DNA of 64,000 nucleotides from Eledone cirrhosa (lineage: Eukaryota). The position numbers and the translations under genes are program-made. The stretch is taken from positions 15,748,001-15,812,000 of the forward strand of contig OZ024759.1 in the NCBI GenBank assembly GCA_964016885.1, given 5' to 3'. The notes beneath the pieces were generated by a model. The model worked only from the letters and a program-made list of their open reading frames with translations. It had not been told where the DNA came from and did not search any database. Below, one piece after another: positions 28,860 to 43,229 of this stretch (position 1 is its first letter; each line of letters opens with the position of its first letter).

Positions 28860-29850
28860 TATATAGAGGGAGAATCGATCCCAGTACTAGACTGGTATTT
28901 TCTTTTATCGACGTCGAAAAGAATAAAAGGTAAAGTTGACCTAGGCGGGATTTGAACTAATACAAATTTTGAAAAAACGTTATTTTTGTCATTGGTTCGT
29001 AAATGGAATGACAAAAAATGTAGAGGGAGATTCGATCCCAGTAGTAGACTGAGACTTTCTTTTATCGACCTCGAAAGGAACGAAAGACAAATTTGACCTA
29101 GGCGGGATTTGAACTAATAAAAATCTTCAAAAACGATCGTTTCCATTGGTTCGTAAATAGAGTGAGAAAAATATATAGAGAGGGAGAATCGATCCTAGTA
29201 CTGGACTGGGACCTTTCATCGACCTCGAAAGGAATGAAAAGCAAAGTCGACCTCGGTGGGATTTGAACCAGTAAATATTTAAAAAAACGATATAGTTTCC
29301 AGTGGTTCGTAAATGGAGTGATAAGAATGAGAGAACAATGATGAGAGAAAGGGAGGGAGAAACATATAAAGAGGGCGAATCGATTCCAGTACTAGACTGG
29401 TATTTTCTTTCATTGACCTCGAAAGGAAAGAAAGACAAGTTTGACCACGGCGGGATTTGAACTAATACAAATTTTAAAAAACGATATCGTTTCTATTGGT
29501 CCGTGAATGGAGTAAGAAAAAAATGTATATAGAGGGAGAATCGATATCAATAGTAGACTGGTATTTTCTTTCATTGACCTCGAAAGGAAAGAAAGACAAG
29601 TTTGACCTCGGCGGGATTTGAACTAATACAAATTTTAAAAACGGTATCGTTGCCATTGGCTCGTAAATGGCGTGAGGAAATATATAGAAAGGTAGAATCG
29701 ATCCCAGTAGTAGACTGGGACTTTCTTTTATCGACCTCGAAAGAAATGAAAGACAAATTTGACCTCGGCGGGATTTGAACTAATACAAATTTTTAAAAAC
29801 GATATTGTTGCCATTGCTTTGTAAATGGAGTGATAAGAATGAGAGAACAA
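28860..29850 (-). repeat. Six-copy tandem array (~155-195 bp) derived from the S1 SINE core
   Basis: Units begin at about 28862, 29020, 29172, 29365, 29527 and 29681; each has tcgacctcgaaagg..gaaag.caa..ttgacctcggcgggatttgaac. Confidence 0.85.
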
Positions 29851-30069
29851 TAGCAGAGAAGTGAAAATTGAGAAACAAAACTAAACGTTGCGTATGTCTG
29901 GCGTAAATAAATATTTAATCCATTAAATGTAGGGGGAAGGGGAGGTAATAATAGACAAAAAGAAGAAAATCTAAGCCATTTATAGAAAAAGAGAAAAAAT
30001 ACGGCAACGAAATAATGTAATATGAACATGAAGGAAATAAGACTTAGGATTTCAGATTTCAGAATCCAC

Positions 30070-30420
30070 ATATAAATTTATATATATACATACGCAGATG
30101 TGAATGTGTACGTATATATATATATATGCGAATGTGTATTTGTGTGTGTGTATATAAATACGTACATGTGAATGTGCATGTATATATATATATGCATATA
30201 TATATATATGCAAATGTGTATTTGTGTGTGTGTATATATATACGCACATGTGAATGTGTATGTATATAAATGCAGATGTATATGTGTGTATATATATATA
30301 TAAACGCATATGTGTATATATATATATATACATACATACGCATATGTGTATGTATATATATATATATATACATACGCATATGTGTGTATGTATATATATA
30401 TATATACATACGCATATGTG

Positions 30421-30462
<42 letters not shown>

Positions 30463-30694
30463 AATGTGTATTTGTGTGTGTGTATATATATACGCACATG
30501 TGAATGTGTATGTATATAAATGCAGATGTGTATGTGTTTATATATATATACGCATATGTGGATGTGTATATATATATATATATATATAACATGCAGATGC
30601 ATATACGTACATACACACAGATCTTCGTAATACTTACAAACGTATGTGCAACTTGTACATATTAATGTTTGTATACAAGCACATACACACACAG

Positions 30695-30737
<43 letters not shown>

Positions 30738-30887
30738 GATCAAAGTATACACACATGCATGCAACAAAGATCATAGTCTAAACTATCAAAGGCGATAGAT
30801 TGGCGCCAAAATCATACACTGTTCGTTATCCTTTCAAAAGGACAAAACAATATCATTTCAATCACTCTCATTCTAAACTTAACCCAC

Positions 30888-30952
<65 letters not shown>

Positions 30953-31017
30953 GTGGGTGTACATATAGGTGTGTGTGGGGATATATATATATATATATAT
31001 GGGGGGGGGGGGGCGTG

Positions 31018-31053
<36 letters not shown>

Positions 31054-31137
31054 TGTATGTATGTATGTATGTGAAAGCGTGTATATATATATATGTATAT
31101 GAATATATATATATGAATATGTATATATGTATATATA

Positions 31138-31211
<74 letters not shown>

Positions 31212-31356
31212 TATGTATATATATGTATATATATATATATGAATATGTATATATATATATATATGAATATGTATATATATATATATATGAATATGTATAT
31301 ATATATATATATATATGTATATATAAATGCATGAATATGAGTGTGTGTGTGAGTGA

Positions 31357-31388
<32 letters not shown>

Positions 31389-31431
31389 TATACATACATA
31401 TATACATATATATACACATCGATCTATTCGC

Positions 31432-31478
<47 letters not shown>

Positions 31479-31790
31479 ATAAGATGTTACGAATCTTAAG
31501 TGTAGGGTCTCATGATAAGTGTATGTATATATATATGTGTGTATATATATATATATGTATATATGTATGTGTATGTGCGTATGTGTGATTATATGTTGTA
31601 TATATATATATATGTATGTGTATGTGTGTATGTGTGATTATATGTATATATATATATATGTATGTGTATGTGTGTATGTGTGATTATATGTTGTATATAT
31701 ATATGTATGTGTATGTGTGTATGTGTGATTATATGTTGTATATATATATATGTGTGTATGTGTGTATGTGTGATTATATGTATATATAAG
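30070..31790. repeat. TA/TG-rich microsatellite and minisatellite region
   Basis: Directly visible. Confidence 0.9.
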
Positions 31791-32031
31791 ATTGTCCTTT
31801 ATATGAAGTTGTAGTCGTACGTTGTATAGTGACGTGGTCTTTTATAAATGTGAACGTTGCCATTACGATTATGCATCGTCAACCTTGATTCATGTTCACT
31901 GTTCATCATTCATTTGGAATTCTTCCAGTGTTTAACCTCTCAAAAAGTGCAACACTATGTTGTCTAAACGCTGATGGCATGGATATATCAAACTATTGCC
32001 TACACCCCCAAAAACTACTAGATTCTTGGTG

Positions 32032-32222
32032 TTTGGATTGGCAGTTTCGGTAGAGAGTCGGACGCCATGCTTTGCAGCATAGAGTTACGTCACTTTACGG
32101 ACTGAGCTCATCTCCCGCCGAGGTTAACTTTGCCTTTAATCCGTACGGTGTCGATAAAATAAAGTACCAGTAATGTATTGGATAAATTGCTGACCTCGTG
32201 CAAAAAAGTAGTAGCAGTTATT
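32032..32222 (+). mobile_element. SINE family S1
   Basis: Homologous to 14896-15082. Confidence 0.8.
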
Positions 32223-32249
32223 TAACTAAGGCTGGTGAGGGCGTTTGGC

Positions 32250-32687
32250 TTAACCCTTTAGCATTTAAACCGGTCATATCTGGCCAGAATTCTCTCACCT
32301 CTTTCTGTTCAAACCGGCCGTAACTGAGCCCTCATACCGATGTTACGGTATTCTTCTCAAAAATGTGTGAGAGAGAGAGAGAGAGAATTTGAAAGATCAA
32401 GTAAGTAAAGTTTTCTCTGCAAATTTCCATCTCAATTCATTTCTACAATTTAGTATTAAACCGATTATATCCGGCCAGAATTCTCTCACATCTTTCTGTT
32501 CAAACCGGTCATAACTGGCCGCTTATACCGATGTTAAGGTATTATTATCAAAATATATAATATCAAAATCTCATAGATCCGATATTATGTGAGATAAAGC
32601 CTTTACCATGAAAATACAATAGTATATATAGAGTAATGTAAATGTTATGAGATAATTATGTGAGATAAAGCCTTTACCATCGGTTAA
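32250..32687. mobile_element. piggyBac-type MITE with internal duplication, inserted at a TTAA in the head of an S2 SINE
   Basis: TTAACCCTTTAGCATTT start and GGTTAA end; SINE head ggcgtttggc-TTAA resumes after 32687 and runs to about 32990. Confidence 0.65.
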
Positions 32688-33748
32688 TGAGTTAAGTATT
32701 GTGTTCCCAATCGTGAAGTCGCTTTGATTCCATGATCAGGCGACGCTTTGTCTCCTTAAGAAAGACACTATTTCACGTGGCTCCAGTTCACTCAGCTAGC
32801 AAAAATGAATTATACATGAAATTCAAAGATCTGACATTATTACACACTGTGTTACACTGAAATCTTCCCCCGAGAACTATATTAAGAGTATAAATGTCTG
32901 TGGAAAGGTGTTTCACATGCATGTTAACTTCTTAAACAGTCTGTTTCGTTGATCTAATCAACTGGAGCACTTGTCGGAACCGACGGCGGTTCAACAACAT
33001 ACATATCGAGCGTCAATTTGATTAGTCCATCACCACAGATCCTCTTTAGAAATTGTGGTTTACTGTTCTGCAATGAAGTCAGTTCTTGAAGCTATATATA
33101 TCTCTTTCTTCTTCTGTATACATTTTAATAGAACGCAATGTGAAAACAGAAGACATCACAAGTTATATATATTGCATTACATAATAGTTTTACACTTTCT
33201 ATATAAGCAATGTCCTTTGAGTTTCATCCTTTCTTTTATTCATGTGTCATTCATTCATATATTTTCATTATATATTTCTCTTCTCTTTCGTTATTAACAT
33301 ATTTTATTATTATATATTCTGCTAGCTTTTTTTCTTGTCATTCTATTCTCTTACCAAATAAAAAAAAATCGTTGTATATTTTGTCCGATGGAATTCGTAA
33401 TATTTTCTTTTGAATATTCGTAATGTTTTTCCCGTGTTTGTTTGATTTGTTTAGTTGGGTTTTTTATTTTTCCAATCAAATCTTACTGTATGAAATACCA
33501 ACGCTGTTCATTATTCACAGTTCCCTGAGGATCAGAATCCCGAAACTAGTAGTAGTAACTTTTGAAGTTTTAGCTGCAAAATATAGGAAACAGCGGTTCT
33601 ATTTCACGTATTGAGAATTTTTATTTTGTGTGTGTATGTGTGTGCGTTCGTGTGCGTATCATTTGTAAAGACAAACAGAATTTGTTTTACATCTTTATTC
33701 TATATTAACACTAACACAGTATAGAGCTTCTCTCTCTCACACAGACAT

Positions 33749-33808
<60 letters not shown>

Positions 33809-34759
33809 AGTGTGAGTGTGTGTGAGTGTGAGTGTGTGTGTGTGTATATATATATCTGTAAAGATGTGTGTAAATAAATACACATATAGAAAAACACACA
33901 CAAAGTATAGTTGCTGTTAAGCGATTCGTCGCCGTCTCAGGATTACGAAGTGAACTTAAAACTCTAAAACTAAGAAATATGAAAAATGAAATAAGAAATA
34001 AGAAATACGAACATCGATGATCACGCGAGCTTTCGTCGCTTTATCAGACATCACGCATCATCATACATTGACAACAATATTTAAACAATATCACTGTAGC
34101 AATCTCAATTGCATACGTACGACGTTGCTAAAACTAAAGCTAGCTACATCGTTAAAGTGTGTGTATTTCGGTGGAAGACATTAAATTTACTGTTAACAGA
34201 TGAAACATTACCGCCATTTTTCTTTTATTGTTTTCATCTAAACTTTCTCGTGTTATTGCTTCTGTGTGTTTGTTTGTGTGTTTATTTGTTTTAGAATTTT
34301 TTGTTGTCTTAATATTCATCTTTTTCATCATCATCATCATCGCCATCGGCGTTATCGGCATCATCATCATCATCATCGGTATTATTATTTTTCCCACCTT
34401 CATTTTTATTCCTCAACTCAACTTCTTCGCCTTCTCTTCCTTCTCCACGTCCACCACCATCATATTCTGTTTTTTAATCTTCTTGAATATTTTTTCCATT
34501 TTCCTCTACTTCATCATCATCATCATCATCATCATCATCGCCATTTTTCTTCTTTATCTTCTTCATGTTTATCCTTCCTCGTGGTATCCTAGTTATTGTT
34601 CTTTTGTCACGTCTGAAATTTTTGTTACTCACTTATTAAATTAAACATGGCGGCCTCACTTATTAAAACTTTCGTTTATCATAATAAAGCTTCGTCACAT
34701 TGTTAGTATTTCTGTCATTTTCCTCATTCGTCTTCATTTTTGTCTATTATTAATATTTT

Positions 34760-34782
34760 ATTATTAAAATTATTATTATTAT

Positions 34783-34838
<56 letters not shown>

Positions 34839-35810
34839 ACAGTATTTAATTATTAGATATATTATTTCATTATTAAATTATGTTGTGTTTATTATTATAT
34901 TATGTTATGTTTATTATTATTTCATTATTAAATTATTATTAATAATATTATAATTGATGCTATTACAACTCAAATTATTATTATTAATACAACTATATTT
35001 ATTATTAATACAACTATAATGACAATAATAATTATTGTAGTAGTAGTAGGAGTAGTAGTAGTAATTGTAATAGGAGTAGTAGTTGTAGTAGAAGTAGTAA
35101 TAGTAGTGGTAGTGGTAGTAGTAGTAGTAATATTATTACAATGACCACTAACATTCCAACTACAATTGTTATAGCTATTTCAATGTTTACTTTCAATAAT
35201 ATTTGTGTATATTTATTATTTGTGTATATATATTATTTGTGTATATATATTATTTGTGTATATATATTATTTGTGTGTATATATATTATTTCATCACAAA
35301 TTATTTGTGTGTATATATATTATTTTAATGTTTATTTCGTCTTTTCTATATAATTACTTAGTTTACATAAAGTACTACATTACTATACGAACCATTATGT
35401 TATTAAATATACGGAATCTTGAAATGAGATTTTTATTATTTCCCGCTTATTTACATAATTATATTAGTTGCATCGCCATTTTGTTGTTGTTAGTGTTGCT
35501 GTTGTTACCGTTATTGTTGTCGTGGCTGATGTTGTTGTTGTGGTTATTGTTTCTGCTCTTATTGCTATTGCTGCTGCTGCTACTGTTGTTATTATTGCTG
35601 TTATTGTTGTTGTTACCGTTATTATTATTGTTATTGCTGTCTTTATTGTTAATGTTACTGGTGTTATTGTTATTGCTGCTGCTATTGTTGTTGCTGTCAT
35701 TGTTATTGTTACTGATGTTATTGTTGCTGCTATTGTTGTTACTGTTGTTGCTGTTGTTATTGTTGTTGTTATTGTTTCTGCTGCTGTTGTTGTTGTTACT
35801 GTTAAGGTGG
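34760..35810. repeat. (TAG)n, (TAT)n and (TGT/TGC)n low-complexity region
   Basis: Directly visible. Confidence 0.9.
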
Positions 35811-36452
35811 TAGTTTATTAAGAACATCAGAGCATTGAATAAATACTTTACAATATTTGTTCCGGCTGTCTAGATTCTGATTTCAAAACCTGCCAAGGTA
35901 AACGTTGCCTTTTATCCTTTCGGGATCAAATAAAATGGAGTACCAGTCAAATACTAGGGTCGATTTAATCGACTTTGCCCTGATTCTTGTCTTGGCTAAA
36001 TTAAAAATTTATTATTATTGCTTTATGTTCTGAGTTCAAATCCCACCGAGGCTAGCTTTGACTTTCATCCTCACGGAGTCGATAAAATAAAGTACCAGTA
36101 ATGCACTAGGGTCGATTTAATCGATCCCCCCCCCACTCCCCTTCAAATTGCTGGCCTTGTGCCTAAAGTAGAAACAATTATTATTATTATTATAGACGGT
36201 GGATTGGCAATATCGGTAGAGCGTCGGACGCCATGCTTTGCAACATAGAGTTGCGGCTCTTTAATTGCAGTAGTAGTACTGCTATTATCATTATTATTAT
36301 CATCATCACCGTTATCATTAGTTTATGGTCTGAGTTCAAATCCCTCCGTGGTTAACTTTGCCTTTCATCCTTACGGGGTCGATAAAATAAAGTACCAGTA
36401 ATACACTGATATAATTGCTGGCCTTGTGCCAATAGTAGAAACAATTATTATT
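35810..36452 (+). mobile_element. Cluster of three S1 SINE copies, the last interrupted by low-complexity sequence
   Basis: Cores at about 35880, 36030 and 36330. Confidence 0.75.
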
Positions 36453-36780
36453 ATTGCTGTTGGTGTGATTGTTGTCGTTGCTTTGCTGGGTGTGATGATG
36501 AGAAAGGTGATGATGATGAGAAATGGAAGGAGGGAAAGGGGAGGAGGAATAGGAAGTAGAGGAGAAGAAGGAGGGGAAGAAGAAGGAGGATGTTTACTAT
36601 TTACCATAATTGTTCGTTTTACATACCGAATTACTATCAGTAATTTAACACCCTCCATCCCTACAGCAACTCTACACACCCATTACTTTCCTTCAGTAGT
36701 TGACATTTTCTTTGGTTGTGCATATTTTTACTCAAACTGCCACTTGTAAATTTGTTCGAATTTCGAAATAACCATATCAA

Positions 36781-37452
36781 TCTAAACTATAATAAAGTAA
36801 GGAGCGCGGGACTGCGTACAGTTTATAATTTTGTATCCCATTATTAAAATAAGTTGGATTACTTTGAATAAATAATTGTTTCTACTTTAGGCACAAGGCC
36901 AGCAATTACCCAGTGCATTACTGGTACTTTTATTTTATCGACCCCGTAAGGATGAAAGGCAAAGTCAATCTCGGCGGGATTTGAACTCAGACCGTAAAGG
37001 GTCGTAACTATGCTGGAAAGCATGGTGTCCGACTCTCTACCGATACTGCCAATCCACTGCCCTTACTTTGAATAAATAATGAATGAATATTACAATTTAT
37101 CTACTAAATTTCGTGGCTGTTGATTAAATATATTTTGTTTATTTAAAGATTCACTTCTTTAAAATGTCTGAAATGTCAACACTTCCGGTTGGCTATCGCT
37201 TAAATAAACATACTAATTTTCTCCTAATGCAGTGTATATATAATATCGTCTTTTTTAATGTATTATGGATTACGTTACTGATTACATAAGACAGTGTAAC
37301 GCAGTCTTCGTTCAATTTCTGTGTATTATATATTGTCAATTACGATTTTATTTGATGAATCATATCTATATGTATATATACTTGCGTATAATATCAATAT
37401 ACACACTACACATGCTAGCAGAAAACCACACGAATGGTGGTTTTTCTGCTAG
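36781..37452 (+). mobile_element. Non-autonomous Helitron-like element
   Basis: A|TC 5' end (TCTAAACTATAATAAAG), 3' hairpin, CTAG|T 3' end, no TSD. Confidence 0.8.
36877..37062 (-). mobile_element. Full-length S1 SINE nested in the Helitron
   Basis: 18-bp TSD TTACTTTGAATAAATAAT at 36859-36876 and 37063-37080; the site is empty in the sister copies. Confidence 0.9.
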
Positions 37453-38566
37453 TGAGTTTAATGAAAATATCAACGAAGGAAATAAATAGTTTCTTCATCC
37501 AATTCTGTTAAGATATTTCAAACATGAAAGTAGATATTCAATGAAACAAACAGAATTACAGATTCATGTTTAAAAATAAAACACTACGAAGGTCCGCTGA
37601 AAATTTCAGAGGCTTACTATCAAGGAGGGATGCTAGATCTGTGAAATCTTACATGCATTAATTTCAATTCGTATTTACAACTGCATTGTTTGTTTATTTT
37701 CGGGGACTAGGTTGAAAAATAAACCTCATTTATTTATTCCATGAGCTGTCAAAGGCTGGTTATGAAAGAGTGATGCTAGAGCTATGAAATCTTGCATACA
37801 TTAATTTCAATTCGTATTTACAACTGCATTGTTTGTTTCTTTTCGTGGACTATGTTGAAAAATGTGTGGTTGGTACATTACTTCCGGAGATGGAACGAGG
37901 AAACTGGCAGACGGTAGAATATATTAGTCAGAATGTGTATCCCTTTCTAAAAATCAACTCAAAGCAATTTGCTTAAATATAGAACTCACATTCTGAAATG
38001 TAAATCAAAAACCTATTGAATTATAATTAGGACAAATTTAAAAACAAAACGAAAAACGAATACGAGAGTAACACGAAATGATACTATCACTGACGTGTCA
38101 CTTTTGTTTGTCACATCTGCTGTATTGTACAGACAGGTAGTGAACACGGAAGGGATCCGAAACTACATGTCACCCGATGCAGTCTACATGGTTCACCATT
38201 CCCTAATCACAGGCCTATCGAGATGATGAAATTTAATGAGGAAACAAGGATGGGGTCAATAGAACTGCTGATACAAGACAAAAGGCTCAGTTGTCGCACT
38301 TATTAGCAAAGACCCTTCGGTGGTCTTCTGCCTAACAGAAAGGGTATAAAGAGAAGAGGTTAAGAGACAAAAAAATAACAGGCGTAGTGACAATAACAGG
38401 TACTGCTGTCATAATATCTAGATTTTATGCTCAGTCACCTTTTAGGTCTTGTGTTATTTTAGATTATATTTGATCCGTAATTTATCTTTACAACTATTTC
38501 AGCCTTGAGTAAAGGCGAAAGAAAAGAGGAAGCGACTTATTATTCTCGTTACTTTTTAGTTTAAGG

Positions 38567-38884
38567 CAGTGTTTCCCAACCCTTTACATGCCCGCACCCC
38601 TAGAAGTTTTTTTTTAATGTTCTCGCACCCCTTAAAAAAGCAATAATTTATTTTAGGATAAATACGACGAATTAATTCTAAATTTGAGCAACAAATTTAT
38701 ATAATCTAATTTTTTAATAATATGAAAACAAAAATGAAACATGGAAAAGAAAAAAAGTATTATAACAAATTAAAATTTGAATAATACTATTAATAAATAC
38801 TGAAATGTTATCTCAAAAAAACAAAATACTGAAATGTTATCTCGCACCCCAGGGGGTGCGAGCACTTCTGGTTGGGAAATCCTG
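38567..38884. mobile_element. hAT-type MITE
   Basis: TIRs CAGTGTTTCCCAACC and GGTTGGGAAATCCTG; perfect 8-bp TSD GTTTAAGG at 38559-38566 and 38885-38892. Confidence 0.9.
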
Positions 38885-38999
38885 GTTTAAGGTATTAAAC
38901 CGAGTAAGCTTAAAAACAAAAAAACAGCTGTAACGATTTAGTAAGGAGCCCTTTTTCCTTTATGACTTTGTGTATCTCCTTTATTGTGTGTTATGTTAT

Positions 39000-39500
39000 A
39001 TTTCTGTGGTATTTGTTACTTCAGTTTTGTTTCGTTTACGTCTTTTTCTGTTGATGTCAAGAAGGGTTGAGTTTTGTGGGGGTTTTTTTAGATTTTTTTT
39101 CGGTACTTTTAATACGTTACTTCTGATGAAGGTACTTTCGTTATCCATGATGTTTGCTTTGGGTTTGATATTTTTTAAATGAGTGGATCAGATGCTGGAC
39201 TCGTATTTCTTTGTAAAAACCCTGACTGATGCATATAGTATTGTGTTTAATCTGTTGATATCGAAGAGATGCTTGTGTCTGTTTGTGATGGTCATGTTTG
39301 CATTTGATTTATTCTCTCGGAGCTTTATCCTCGGTAGATACTTCCGCCCGTCCATTAGAAGGTCTATTGATTTTTGTGCATTAATTATTTAAACCTTTAG
39401 ATAGTCATGTTCATGAGTTTTATGGTGGCGGCTGTGTAGATGTAACGATGGAGGAGATTCAGTCTGGTATTGATGAATAATGTGCTCCTGTAGTTTGTTT
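39000..39500 (-). pseudogene. Degenerate coding-like fragments, possibly from the N-terminal region of an R4-clade element
   Basis: Minus-strand peptides RKYLPRIKL...DINRLNTILYASVRV and RLNLLHRYIYTAAT; weak resemblance only. Confidence 0.3.
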
Positions 39501-39815
39501 ATGGCGAGTATCAAATCACCTACTGCTGTGAATATTTGTAATGCATTAAATATAAGAGTTAAAAATCAATAAATTTTACGGGAATTTCTTACGCGGTTAT
39601 ATTTCAACATGTTCTTCAATTCACTGTCGATTTTATTCATCGTATTTTAATTTGTGTTAGTGGGTATTTTCCGGAGAAGTCAAGTAGTGTTCTCACATTT
39701 TAAATGTCCCTCCAGTATTTCTTGAGCTTCCTACTGTGCTTCATCTTCGTCGCCATCTTTTTCTTCGACGCCGTCGACATTTTCTTGATCTTCAACTTCA
39801 ACTTATTATCATTAT

Positions 39816-40007
39816 TTGGATTGGCAGTATCGGTAGAGGGTCGGACGCCATGCTTTGCAGCAAAGAGTTGCGGCTCTTTACGATTTGAGTTCAAATCCGG
39901 CCGAGGTTAACTTTGCCTTTCATCCTTACGGGATCGATAAAATAAAGTACGAGTAATGCACTGGGATAATTGCTGGCCTTGTGCCAAAAGTAGAAACAAT
40001 TATTATT
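39816..40007 (+). mobile_element. SINE family S1
   Basis: Homologous to 14896-15082. Confidence 0.85.
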
Positions 40008-40235
40008 AATACCTTATCATTACTATTATTATCAAAGTTATCATCATCATCATCACCATCATCACCAATACTTTATCATCATTACTATCATTATCATCAT
40101 CATCATCATCATTATTTTTCTTCAATTACAAAAAGAAGTCAATTAACTATTATTCAAGTTTCAAATTTCATACAAATGTCTATTTATTTTTATTAGATTT
40201 ATTTTCATATTTATTTTTATCGTTTATATTTGTCG

Positions 40236-41800
40236 AACGCCAAACACATCGAGGCAATCGGCACTACACTAAGAGAATACGAAGCGGTGACTGGAGCAAT
40301 GATCAACCAGGAAAAGTCGGTGGGCCTGCAGCTCGGCACTTGGAGAAGCAGGTCCATGCCGTCCAACAGCATCGTCGGGCGCTGGACGGACCGGTTAAAT
40401 TGCTAGGGGTCTGGACCTCCAGACGGACAAAAACTGGGACGATGTTACGAGCAGGATGGCTTCTTTCACCCAGAAATGGGCAGAGAGGAAGCTATCCCTA
40501 AAAGGTCGCGCGGAGGTAGCGAATGCGTACATCACGTCTGTCATCTACTACCGCTTGTTCTAAGCCTCGCCTGACTGCGCTGGAGCGTTTGCTCTTTCGC
40601 TTTTTGTGGAAGGGACGCGCTCCGATGGTCAGGCGGTCCATCTGCTGTCAACATCCGCTACGTGGAGGGCTGGGCATGCTGTAGCTGATGATGCGCAGAC
40701 ACGCGCTCATACTACGACATCTCCACCTCTTCCTCGACGGTGATGAGGTGTGGTCGCCGTTTGCAAGACGCGTCTTTCCCCAGCTCGTCTCCTTGACGGA
40801 TCTGCAGTCCTGGGTCAAGCGAAGACCGAGAGGGAGCGCTTGGAGACTGGAATGTCTTCAGGCGCTCACAGCCCTCGACCAGTCGGGCAATGTGATCGGT
40901 GGAAACTCCATCTTAGCGTTCTATAGAGGATTAGTGGAGGGGAAGAACGACGACGTACTTGGGGAAACTCTAGGCGTCGACGAAAATAAACTAGCCAATC
41001 TCTTCGGAAAAGCTTTCGCGACGGGGCCTATGGACAACTTCCAGAAATCACTGGCCTGGCAGTGCTACCGAGGAGCTTTGCCAATTCGGGATAAACTCTA
41101 TAGGCATAGAGGTACAGTCAGCCAGGCATGTCCAAGATGCGCGCAGGGCGACGAAACCGTTCTGCACGCACTCGTCCAGTGTCCGAGCATTGTTGACTTG
41201 TGGGTTTATGTCGAACATCTGCTGTCGCGTGTAGGATGGATCCGGCTATCAGCTGAGTCCATCGTGAGGATTTCCCCGCCCTCTTCCTTTAGCCGGGAAG
41301 GGCAGGAAGTTTTTATGTCTGGTGGCCATGGCGAAAGTAGTATGGTGGACGCGTATGAAAGGGCTGAAGACGAGAACTTACCTCTTCGGTGATACACGGA
41401 TTAACTTTTTCAAATTTCATTTGAGAAGGAAAATCAGGGTAGAGAGGGAAGTGCTCTCTTCCCAGCATTTTGTTGAAAGATGGGTGAGAGAGGCAAGAAT
41501 GGCCCAAGTGAATGGGCCTATTCTGAGTATATGCCTGTTAATTAAAGGTGGAAAACTGGGCGAGGGCACTTGCCCTGATGGTCAGGGTCGCCGTGGCTTT
41601 TTTAATGGGCTTTCTCCACGAATGTCCCTCGGAAGTCTCCCCACTATTGGGGAATTTTTCATTGTTTTTTTTTTGTTACATCTTCTGTTTTTGTTTTTTT
41701 TTACACGCAGAAATGCTCATTTGTACCGTCCTGTATTGTCCTGTGTTGTCCTTAATGTCTTACTTTGTGTAACCCCGTGTGGTCAATAAAGAAAGCATTA
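40236..41800 (+). mobile_element. 5'-truncated Tx1/L1-clade LINE (ORF2 C-terminal remnant with frameshifts)
   Basis: YEAVTGAMINQEKS, RKLSLKGRAEVAN, zf-RVT-like CPRC..ETVLHALVQC; 3' UTR with AATAAA at about 41785. Confidence 0.9.
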
Positions 41801-42412
41801 TTTTTAATTTTTGTTATTTATTTACTTGATTATTTATTCATTTTTAAAATGGGAATAATATTTTGTTGGGGAAAATGTGTTAAAATTGAGTAGGTTTATA
41901 ATTTAGAATGATTCTCTCCGTTTTTCAAAGCCACATAACTCCCATCACACTTAAATAAAGACAATAAATAACAACAAAAGCAAACAAACGAATTTCTCTC
42001 ATAAAAACAAATCCGAAATATTAATTTTCTTGTTATTTTTTTGTTATTGCTAATTTCTGAACTCTCAATAGATTTTTATGATAATAAAATCGTTTTCAAT
42101 TGCAGGATTTATTAGCCAGTTATATTTTCACCTCAATATATTTGCTACCTTGTGTTAAGCTGTATAATTATTGGCATTCGAAAGCGAACAGAATGTAATT
42201 TCATTGTGTTATTACAGGTAGTTTTTTTTTAACTGTATATATCTATAACTTGGAACAGGTAACCATTAACAAATCTATCTAATATGAGCCACCGACGATG
42301 TCTCAACGTTGTCACTCGGCTTTCTAAAACATAGCAGCCAAATATCTCTCACATAAATGAAATAAAGGTATATATGAAAGCATATACATTGCATATATGG
42401 ACACGTAGTGAA

Positions 42413-42555
42413 GGCGCATGGCTTAGTGGTTAGAGTATTGGGCTTGCAATCGAAAGGTTGAGAGTTCGATTCTCGGACCGAGTGATGTGTTGTTTCCTTG
42501 AGCAAGACACTTTATTTCACGTTGCTCCAGTTTACTCAGCTGTAGAAATGAGATG
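42413..42555 (+). mobile_element. SINE family S2
   Basis: TGGCTTAGTGG A box, GTTCGATTC B box, CCTTGAGCAAGACACT core. Confidence 0.85.
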
Positions 42556-43229
42556 ATAGGACTGGAGTCCCTATCATTAAATTACCCAAGACACCTCCAA
42601 CGAGATATACCTTGGAGGAGGCCAGCTAAACCTGCACAGATGTGAGCTGTCACACATACTCACACACATATACACGTAAGTCCCGAGTGAGTCGTAGAAG
42701 CGCCATATTGCCATATGACATTTTTAGGGCATTTTTTTTGCACCTGGTGGAGCCCATCTCCTCTCCAGGTCGCATATACAATACGTTTATGTATCATAAA
42801 CATTCATAATCTACCTGTCAATATTTTAAGCAGTGGTCATGTCACAGCCACTTCAGTGACCGTATGGGGACGCCAAATACTAGTATTCCAAGATTGTTAC
42901 TTCATCATCAGTGATGCCTTACTCTCGTAGTAGTGAGGTATAAAAGCTGACATCGTCATTGTGATAGCTGAGGTACGACCAAGGCTTCAGATACCCACAG
43001 CGAGACTTGTATATGTTTAATATACAGAAAAATATTGCACTTGCTTCCATATACTCCTCTATTGTAAATCACGTTGTATTAATGCTACTCTGAATAAATA
43101 AAAGATACACTCACCCTCATTCACACACATACATACACTCTTTCACATACCCCTTCTCTCTCTCTGGCAACACTGCAGTAAGAATGGTTGTTGCTGTGTA
43201 TCACCTACAGCAGTCCCTTCTCATAGAAA

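Noticed and set aside
39123-39140. CTGATGA hammerhead core (also at 1758, 27748, 42905 and 61740)
   Set aside because: No matching stem II, GAAA-stem III-UH and stem I arrangement follows.
40688-41392. Functional 234-aa protein gene
   Set aside because: It is an internal piece of a frameshifted, 5'-truncated LINE ORF2.
42413-42490. tRNA gene
   Set aside because: The tRNA-like head runs into a repeated SINE core and no complete cloverleaf is evident.
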